DNA of 48,976 nucleotides from Dehalococcoidia bacterium (GTDB lineage Bacteria > Chloroflexota > Dehalococcoidia > SM23-28-2 > HRBIN24), in contig DAOTWZ010000079.1 in assembly GCA_034435615.1 (NCBI GenBank), positions 1-48,976 on the forward strand. The letters run 5' to 3'. Numbering within the stretch: position 1 is the stretch's first letter; each line of letters starts with the position of its first letter. Positions 42,952 to 48,976 of this stretch are shown piece by piece. The notes beneath the pieces are model-generated. The model worked only from the letters and a program-made list of their open reading frames with translations, made no database searches and had not been told where the DNA came from. Made by a program: the position numbers and the translations under genes.

Positions 42952-42988
42952 GCCCACCGCCCGACGAGGACGAGGGCCGTCGAGAGAG

Positions 42989-43438
42989 ATGCCTTCCCAG
43001 TTCGAGGACGACCTGCGCCACGCCCTGGAGGAGGCGAGGGCCGCCCGCGAGGGGCTCCTCGCCGTCCTCGCCCCTCTGACCGACGCCGATCTGGACCGCG
43101 CCCGTCGTGGCGGCTGGTCCGTGCGCCAGGTGCTGGAGCACCTGGTCCTGGCCGAGAAGGGCTACCTGCGCGTCCTAGCCCTCCTGCGGGAGTCACCGGA
43201 GCCGCCTCCCCGGCCGGAGCCCGCCCCGGTGGCCTCCCTGGCGCAGGCAGTCCGGGAACTGGAGGCCGGCCGCCGCGCCCTCCTGGAGGCGCTGAGGGAG
43301 GTGGACGAAGAGCTCTTCTACACCCTGCGGCCGGTGGGACGGGAGCAGTTCAGCGTCCTCAGCCTCCTGGAGAACCTGGCCAGCCACGAGCGGGAGCACA
43401 CCGCCCAGATAAAGGCCATCCTGGAGGCCACCTCCTGA
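42989..43438 (+). CDS. DinB-family (DinB_2) four-helix-bundle protein.
   Basis: The product contains WSVRQVLEHLVLAEKGYL...HEREHTAQI. Confidence 0.6.
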   Translation: MPSQFEDDLRHALEEARAAREGLLAVLAPLTDADLDRARRGGWSVRQVLEHLVLAEKGYLRVLALLRESPEPPPRPEPAPVASLAQAVRELEAGRRALLEALREVDEELFYTLRPVGREQFSVLSLLENLASHEREHTAQIKAILEATS

Positions 43439-43467
43439 CGGCCCCGCAGGAGCGCCCTGGAGGCAGA

Positions 43468-43484
43468 GGCCCTATAATGGCCCC
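43468..43484 (+). promoter_or_regulatory. -10 box within GGCCCTATAATGGCCCC, upstream of the alpha/beta-hydrolase operon.
   Basis: It is a perfect TATAAT (43473-43478) flanked by GGCC. Confidence 0.4.
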
Positions 43485-43534
43485 GAGAGCGCCGCAGCGT
43501 GGCCGCGGCGCCACCCCACAGCCAGGAGGAGGCC

Positions 43535-44413
43535 ATGGAGCGGCCGGTGGAGTTCTACAGCGAGGGCGTCAGGGTGCGGGGCTACCTGACGGCGCCCCAG
43601 GAGGCCCGCGGCCTGCCGGGCATCGTCCTCTGCCACGGCTTCGGCGCCCTCATGGCCATGGACTTCCCGGACTACGCCCGCCGTCTGGCCGACCAGGGCT
43701 ACGCCGTCCTCCGCTTCGACTACCGCCACTTCGGTGAGAGCGAGGGTGAGCCCCGCAACCTCCTCCTCCCTCTGCGGGAGGTGGAGGACGTGCGCAACGC
43801 CATCACCTTCTTCCAGCAGCAGCCGGAGGTGGACCCGGCCCGCATCGGCCTCTGGGGCACCAGCTTCGGCGGCGCCATCGTCATCTACACGGCAGCGGTG
43901 GACGAGCGGGTAAAGGCGGTGGTGGCCAACGTCCCCGTCACCAACGGCCGGCGCTGGATCCGCTCCGTCAACACCGCCTTCGACTGGGAGCGCATCCTGG
44001 ACGAACTGGAGGCGGACCGCGTGCGCCGCGTCCTGACTGGAGAGTCCAAGGTGGTGCCCGTCTCCGAGTTCCGGCCGCCGGACCCCCACCCCAGCGTGGC
44101 CGCCTACTTCGAGCGCTTCCAGCACCTGCTGGGCCCCCGCCGGGAGATGCCCTGGCGCAGCGTGGAGGCGGTGCTGGAGTTCGCCGCCGACGAGGTGGCA
44201 GACCGCATCTCGCCGCGGGCGCTCCTCATCATCGCCGCCCCCAGGGATACCATCACCCCCCTGGAGCAGGCGGAGCTGGCCTACGCCCGGGCGAGGGAGC
44301 CCAAACGGCTAGTCCTCCTGCCTCGCCATGTCGCCCACTTCGAGGTCTACACGGAGCCCATCGTCTCCATGGTGATGGAGGAGTCCCTGGCCTGGTTCCG
44401 CCAGTACCTGTGA
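43535..44413 (+). CDS. Alpha/beta-hydrolase (dienelactone hydrolase/peptidase S9-like).
   Basis: The product contains LCHGFG, a nucleophile elbow GTSFGG and a C-terminal D/H. The SD is AGGAGGAGG. Confidence 0.75.
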   Translation: MERPVEFYSEGVRVRGYLTAPQEARGLPGIVLCHGFGALMAMDFPDYARRLADQGYAVLRFDYRHFGESEGEPRNLLLPLREVEDVRNAITFFQQQPEVDPARIGLWGTSFGGAIVIYTAAVDERVKAVVANVPVTNGRRWIRSVNTAFDWERILDELEADRVRRVLTGESKVVPVSEFRPPDPHPSVAAYFERFQHLLGPRREMPWRSVEAVLEFAADEVADRISPRALLIIAAPRDTITPLEQAELAYARAREPKRLVLLPRHVAHFEVYTEPIVSMVMEESLAWFRQYL

Positions 44414-44424
44414 AGGGGTGAGAG

Positions 44425-45342
44425 ATGGGGGTTTTCGGCTACCTGGCGCTGCTGACCCTGGGGATCACCCTCGGCTCCGTCTTCTTCCTCACCGCCTCCG
44501 CCCTGGGGGAGATGGGCCCCCTCCTCCTCATGACGGTGCGGGCAGTCCTGGGCTTCTCCTTCCTTTCCTTCCTGGGGCTGTTCCTGCGGCCCCCCGTCCT
44601 CCCCCTGCTACGGAGGCGCTTCTGGCCCCTGCTGGCGGTGGCCCTGGCCAACTACGCCATCTCCTGGCCTCTCATCGCCTGGGGGCAGACACGGACGGAG
44701 AGCAGCACCGCCGGCGTCCTGGCGGCCAGCAGCCCCATCTTCACCGCCCTGATAGCCCGCTTCCTCCTCCCCGGAGAGGCCCTCCGCCTGCGCGTCCTCC
44801 TGGGGCTGCTGGTGGGGCTGGCCGGCGTGGCCCTCATTGCCGGCTTCGACTTCGACAAGCTGGGGGCATCTACCCTCACCGGCGACCTGGCCGTCGTGGG
44901 GGGCGCCGTCCTCTTCGCCCTGGCCGCCGTGATCTTCCGTCGCTACCTGGCGGGGGCCAATGAGCTGGGGCTGGCCATCAGTATGGGGCTCCTGTGTGTC
45001 CTCGTCCTGGTGCCGGCGGCCGCCCTCACCTACAGCCCGAGCGACCTGGAGGTCTCCTCCCGGGCCTGGGGCGCCCTCCTGATACTGGGCCTGGTGACGG
45101 GGTTGGGCCTGACCTTCCCCTCCTACCTCTGGCTGGTACGGCGGGCGGGCCCCGTGCGGGCCTCCCTGGTCTTCTACATATCGCCCGCGGTGGCCGTCCT
45201 CTTGGGCTGGGGGGTGAGGGGGGAGAAGCTGGACGCCCACACCATCGTCGGCCTGCTGCTCATCGTCGCCAGCCTCACCCTGGTCAACCAGGCCGCCCGT
45301 CTCCCCCTCCGCCCCCGCTCTCCCGCCCCCCTCCGGACCTGA
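44425..45342 (+). CDS. EamA/DMT-superfamily transporter.
   Basis: The product shows a 10-TM duplicated EamA pattern. Confidence 0.75.
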   Translation: MGVFGYLALLTLGITLGSVFFLTASALGEMGPLLLMTVRAVLGFSFLSFLGLFLRPPVLPLLRRRFWPLLAVALANYAISWPLIAWGQTRTESSTAGVLAASSPIFTALIARFLLPGEALRLRVLLGLLVGLAGVALIAGFDFDKLGASTLTGDLAVVGGAVLFALAAVIFRRYLAGANELGLAISMGLLCVLVLVPAAALTYSPSDLEVSSRAWGALLILGLVTGLGLTFPSYLWLVRRAGPVRASLVFYISPAVAVLLGWGVRGEKLDAHTIVGLLLIVASLTLVNQAARLPLRPRSPAPLRT

Positions 45343-45359
45343 GGGCGACGGCTGGCGCG

Positions 45360-45400
45360 TTGACGGCCCTCGCCGGGGGCGGCTAGAATCTTGGCGATTC
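45360..45400 (+). promoter_or_regulatory. Promoter TTGACG-18-TAGAAT with an overlapping palindrome GAATC-N5-GATTC (45386-45400).
   Basis: It lies upstream of the CoA-transferase gene. The RBS is AGGGGAGGGGAA. Confidence 0.45.
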
Positions 45401-45419
45401 TCGCAAGGGGAGGGGAATC

Positions 45420-46628
45420 ATGGACATGTCCATGCCTCTGGAGGGCGTCCGGGTGGCCGACCTGACCATCTACGTGCAGGGGCCCGTCGCCGCCCAGATC
45501 CTGGCCGACCTGGGGGCGGAGGTGATAAAGGTGGAGAAGCCCGGCGTGGGCGACCTCTCCCGCGTCGCCACCCGTTTGTTCGAGCGCACCCTCGTCCTGC
45601 CAGGGGACCGCCGCCTCCTCTGGGAGATGGGGAACCGCAACAAGAAGTCACTGACCCTGGACCTCTACCACCCCAAGGGGCGGGAGCTCTTCTACCGCCT
45701 CATCGAGCGCTGCGACGTCCTGGTCACCAACCTGACGCCGGAGGCCTTGCGGCAGATGGGCGCCGACGAGGAGAGCGTCCACCAGCGCAACCCGGACATC
45801 ATCTACGCCCGGGGCAGCGGCTTCGGCCCTCGCGGTCCCTACGCCGAGGACCCCTGCCAGGACACGGCCGGCATGGCCCGTTCCGGCTTCATGAGCCTGT
45901 GCAGCCACCCCTCGGGCGTCCCCGGCTATCCGCCAGGGGCGGTGGCCGATGTCGCCTCCGCCACCATGCTGGCCTTCGGCGTGGTGACCGCCCTCCTGGC
46001 CCGGGAGCGGACGGGCCTGGCGCCGCCCGTCGTCTACGCCTCCCAGATGAGCAGCATGATGTGGCTGGCCCTCTTCCCCGTCGCCCTCTACGCCAACACC
46101 GGCGAGGAGTATCCCCCCTTCGACCGCACCGACGTCAGCAACCCCATCTTCAACATCTATCGTTGCGGCGATGGCCGCTGGATCGCCCTAGGGCTCTACT
46201 GGACGGACCGCTTCTGGCCCCCCTTCTGCGAGGCGACGGGGCTGCAGCACTTGCGGGACGACCCCCGCTTCGCCACCGACGAGGCCCGCAAGGAGAACCG
46301 GCGGGAGCTTATCCGCATCATAGACGAGGTGATGGCCACCAGGCCCAGCCAGGAGTGGGAGCGTATCTTCCGGGAGCGCAAGTTCTGGTTCTCCATCGTC
46401 AACCGCTACTCGGACCTGCCCACGGACCCTCAGGTGCAGGCCAACGGCTACCTGGTGGAGCTGGACAACGGCCTCAAGGGGCCCAGCCTCCCCTTTGAGC
46501 TGGCCAGCGTGCAGCCCCGGCTCCATGGCGCCCCGGCCCTGGGGGAGCATACAGAGCAGGTGCTGCGGGAGCTCTGCGGCTGCTCCCCGGAGGAGATAGA
46601 GGCGCTGCGAGGGGAGCGGGTGGTCTGA
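45420..46628 (+). CDS. CoA-transferase family III (CaiB/BaiF/Frc-like).
   Basis: The product contains LEGVRVADLTIYVQGPVAAQILADLGAEVIKVE and the conserved Asp region (ARGSGFGPRGPYAEDP). Confidence 0.85.
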   Translation: MDMSMPLEGVRVADLTIYVQGPVAAQILADLGAEVIKVEKPGVGDLSRVATRLFERTLVLPGDRRLLWEMGNRNKKSLTLDLYHPKGRELFYRLIERCDVLVTNLTPEALRQMGADEESVHQRNPDIIYARGSGFGPRGPYAEDPCQDTAGMARSGFMSLCSHPSGVPGYPPGAVADVASATMLAFGVVTALLARERTGLAPPVVYASQMSSMMWLALFPVALYANTGEEYPPFDRTDVSNPIFNIYRCGDGRWIALGLYWTDRFWPPFCEATGLQHLRDDPRFATDEARKENRRELIRIIDEVMATRPSQEWERIFRERKFWFSIVNRYSDLPTDPQVQANGYLVELDNGLKGPSLPFELASVQPRLHGAPALGEHTEQVLRELCGCSPEEIEALRGERVV

Positions 46629-46635
46629 GGCCGCC

Positions 46636-48027
46636 TCAGCCCCCACGGCAAGTGGCGAGCCAGTCCTGGACGCCCCCGTCACCTACCAGGCGCACAGGAT
46701 AGCCGGCGGCGTCCAGGACGCTGGCCGCCAGGGCGGCGCGGTGGCCACTGGCGCAGATGGTCCAGACCTCCCGGCCCGGCGGCACCTCCGCCAGCCGCCG
46801 CGGCAGCTCGCCAACGAAGATGTGCTGGCTGCCCGGGATGTGCCCTCGCTCCCACTCCGGCCGCTGGCGCACGTCCAGCACCTGGGGGCTCTCGCCCGCC
46901 GAAACAGCGCGGCAGAGCTCCTCCACGCTGGCGACGGGATAGGAGCGCAGGGGACGGCCGCTCTCCGCCCAGGCCTCCACGCCACCCCGCAGATAGCCCC
47001 ACACCTCCTCGTAGCCGATCCTCATGAGCTGCGTGGCGGCCTCTGACAGCGCCTCTTCCTCCGGCCCTGGCAGCACCAGCAGGAGGGGCTCCCCGAAGGG
47101 CACCACCCACCCCACGTAGCTGGCGAAGGTGCTGTCCAGCTCCACATTGATGGCGCCAGGCAGATGGGCCCGGGCGAAGCTGCCACGGTCACGTCCGTCC
47201 ACCAGCCAGGCGCCCCGGCGCAGCGCTGCCTCCGCCTCCGCGGGGGCGATGGCCGGGGGGAGCGGCAGGCCTCCCAGCAGCCGGGGGCCATGGCGGTTGA
47301 TGGGCGCCATATAGGCGTAGTAAGCGGGGAAGGCGGGCAGGCCGGAGAGCTGGCTTGTCAGGAACTCTTCCGCATCGGGGGCGGCCAGGGCCCGGTTGGC
47401 GCTCCGCTCCTTGCCCAGGGTGGAGGTCCGCTCCCGGGAGGGGCCCGCCGTGCAGAAGCTGCCGGCGCCGTGGGTGGGCAGCACCTGCACCGAGTCCGGC
47501 AGGGAGGCCAGGCGACGCAGAGAGCGGAACTGGAGGATGGCCAGGTCTCTGGTCAGCTCGGGGCCCAGGAGGTCGGTCCGGCCGGCGCCCCCGACGGTGA
47601 GGCTGCCGCCGGTGAAGACGGCCAGCGGCCAGGGCTCTCCCTGGCGGTAAAGGAGCCAGCAGAGGTGCTCCGGCGTGTGGCCGGGCGTCTCCCAGGCCAC
47701 CAGGGCCAACTCTCCCAGGGGGAGCCGCAGCCCCTCCCCGGCTGGCCGGTGGGGGAAGCGGTAGCCGCCTCGCTCCGGGGCGACGATCTCCGCCCCCGTG
47801 GCCTCCCTCACCTCCAGGGCGCCCGTTAGATAGTCGTTGTGGACGTGGGTCTCCAGCACGTAGCGGATGGCCAGCCCCTCCGCCCGGGCTGCCTCCAGGA
47901 AGCGCCAGGCATCCCGCTGCGGGTCTATGAGGGCGGCCTGCCCCTGAGAGGCTACCAGATAGGAGTTATCGCCCAGGCCGGGCGTCTCGAAAAGATGTAT
48001 GCGCACATGTATCGCCCTCGCTTTCAT
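46636..48027 (-). CDS. MBL-fold persulfide dioxygenase (ETHE1/CstB-like) fused to two rhodanese domains.
   Basis: An N-terminal MBL motif is present (ETHVHNDYLTG...GHTPEH). A C-terminal rhodanese has an active-site Cys in ICASGHRAA. Confidence 0.75.
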   Translation of the reverse strand: MKARAIHVRIHLFETPGLGDNSYLVASQGQAALIDPQRDAWRFLEAARAEGLAIRYVLETHVHNDYLTGALEVREATGAEIVAPERGGYRFPHRPAGEGLRLPLGELALVAWETPGHTPEHLCWLLYRQGEPWPLAVFTGGSLTVGGAGRTDLLGPELTRDLAILQFRSLRRLASLPDSVQVLPTHGAGSFCTAGPSRERTSTLGKERSANRALAAPDAEEFLTSQLSGLPAFPAYYAYMAPINRHGPRLLGGLPLPPAIAPAEAEAALRRGAWLVDGRDRGSFARAHLPGAINVELDSTFASYVGWVVPFGEPLLLVLPGPEEEALSEAATQLMRIGYEEVWGYLRGGVEAWAESGRPLRSYPVASVEELCRAVSAGESPQVLDVRQRPEWERGHIPGSQHIFVGELPRRLAEVPPGREVWTICASGHRAALAASVLDAAGYPVRLVGDGGVQDWLATCRGG

Positions 48028-48074
48028 GGGGGAAGGGGGGAGGCTGTAGGGGCGGCGTGGGGAGCGCCACGGTA

Positions 48075-48092
48075 GCGGCCATTATAGGCCCG
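48075..48092 (-). promoter_or_regulatory. -10 box within GGCCTATAATGGCCGC (minus strand), upstream of the PDO-rhodanese gene.
   Basis: It is the reverse complement of GCGGCCATTATAGGCC. This is the same GGCC-TATAAT-GGCC architecture as at 43468. Confidence 0.4.
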
Positions 48093-48106
48093 CGCCGGGC
48101 GCCGCG

Positions 48107-48883
48107 TCAAGGATAGCGCAGGGCCAGCCACTCCTCCCAGGTGGTGCGCCCGTAGCGGCCGTCCGGCGCCGTGTTGAAGCCCTGACGGAAGGCGCGGGCA
48201 GTGCGGCCGGGCAGGGGCAGGTTCACTATCCTCATGCGGCGGCCCTGGGCCTGCAGCCAGAGGCGGGCCATATGGCCCAGGGGCAGCACCTCCGGCCCGC
48301 CTATGTCCGGCTGGCGGCCGCCCGGCCCCTCCTGGACTATCTCCACCAGACGGTCGGCCGCCTCCCCGGGGTCGATGGGCTGATAGACGAAGTCGACGGG
48401 CAGCAGGGAGACGGGGAAGCGGAGGAAGCGGCGCAACACCCGTTCGATGAAGGTGTGGAACTGGGTTATGCGCAGGACGGACCAGGGCACCGGTCCCTCT
48501 GCCACCAGCCGCTCCGCCTCCAGCTTGTAGCGGTAGTAAGAGAGGGGTATGCGGTCTATGCCGACGATGGAGACGTAGACCAGGTGGCCCACGCCGGCCT
48601 TGCGGGCCTCCTCCAGGAGGCGGGCCGTCCCCCGCACGTCCACCGCCAGAGGGTCGCGGCGGGGGCTGCTGGCGGCATGGACGATGACGTCCACCCCCGC
48701 CACCGCCTCGGCCAGGCCGGAGCCGGAGGCCAGGTCAGCCTGGACCCACTGGATGCTGGGGTGCAGGGGCTCCGGCCGGGGCCGGCGGCTCATGATGCGG
48801 ACGGCAAAGCCGGCGTCCTGCAGGCGCGGTCGCAACTGCTGGCCGAGGGTGCCGGTGCCGCCGGTGACGAGGACGGTAGGCAC
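48107..48883 (-). CDS. NAD(P)-binding NmrA/atypical-SDR-like oxidoreductase.
   Basis: The product contains MPTVLVTGGTGTLGQQL. Confidence 0.7.
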   Translation of the reverse strand: MPTVLVTGGTGTLGQQLRPRLQDAGFAVRIMSRRPRPEPLHPSIQWVQADLASGSGLAEAVAGVDVIVHAASSPRRDPLAVDVRGTARLLEEARKAGVGHLVYVSIVGIDRIPLSYYRYKLEAERLVAEGPVPWSVLRITQFHTFIERVLRRFLRFPVSLLPVDFVYQPIDPGEAADRLVEIVQEGPGGRQPDIGGPEVLPLGHMARLWLQAQGRRMRIVNLPLPGRTARAFRQGFNTAPDGRYGRTTWEEWLALRYP

Positions 48884-48903
48884 GGGGAGCCTCTATACGA
48901 GAG

Positions 48904-48976
48904 TGGCGCGCTCGGTGGGATTCGAACCCACGACCTCAGCCTCCGCAGGGCTGCGCTCTGTCCGGGCTGAGCTACG
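48904..48976 (-). tRNA. tRNA truncated at the window edge (positions 6-76 present), with apparent anticodon GCG (Arg) and encoded CCA.
   Basis: The reverse complement is CGUAGCUCAGCCCGGACAGAGCGCAGCCCUGCGGAGGCUGAGGUCGUGGGUUCGAAUCCCACCGAGCGCGCCA. It has D, anticodon and T arms, and the anticodon loop is CUGCGGA. Confidence 0.7.

Overview
This is a 48,976-bp segment of a high-GC (about 70% by eye) bacterial chromosome, densely packed with housekeeping genes. I support about 47 protein genes, 3 tRNA genes and a set of regulatory sites, and I see no rRNA, CRISPR array, integron or prophage. Many genes start with GTG or TTG, overlap their neighbour by 1-11 nt, or appear leaderless. All three tRNAs encode their 3' CCA. 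These are tRNA-Ala(CGC) on the minus strand at 29132-29207, a CAU-anticodon Met-type tRNA on the plus strand at 41890-41964, and a 5'-truncated tRNA at the right window edge with apparent anticodon GCG.

Recognisable core genes include dnaE, uvrC, eno, gap, ffh, rpsP, rimM, a KH-domain protein, dnaJ, prmA, rsmE, tmk, thrB, lysC, pcm, a XerC/D-type recombinase and ogt. The dnaJ-prmA-rsmE and ffh-rpsP-KH-rimM orders resemble the Firmicutes arrangement. Possible hosts are high-GC Firmicutes-like lineages, Chloroflexota or Actinobacteria, and I cannot decide between them from sequence alone.

The most interesting region is a nitrogen cluster on the minus strand, running from a LivK-type substrate-binding lipoprotein through glnA, a flotillin and an unrecognised 322-aa protein to glnK and amt. 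The unrecognised protein overlaps the glnK stop by 11 nt. This cluster is divergent from an orphan pdxT glutaminase that is ATGA-coupled to an unknown tandem GNAT-like protein and an R3H/AAA ATPase, across an AT-rich near-perfect 25-bp palindrome.

Other notable loci are a MoxR-DUF58-transglutaminase operon whose 3' end overlaps ogt, a membrane-anchored cupredoxin, a persulfide-dioxygenase/rhodanese fusion convergent with a family-III CoA-transferase, and a recurring GGCC-flanked TATAAT promoter motif. The long plus- and minus-strand ORFs in the supplied track that lie antisense to these genes are GC-driven artefacts.
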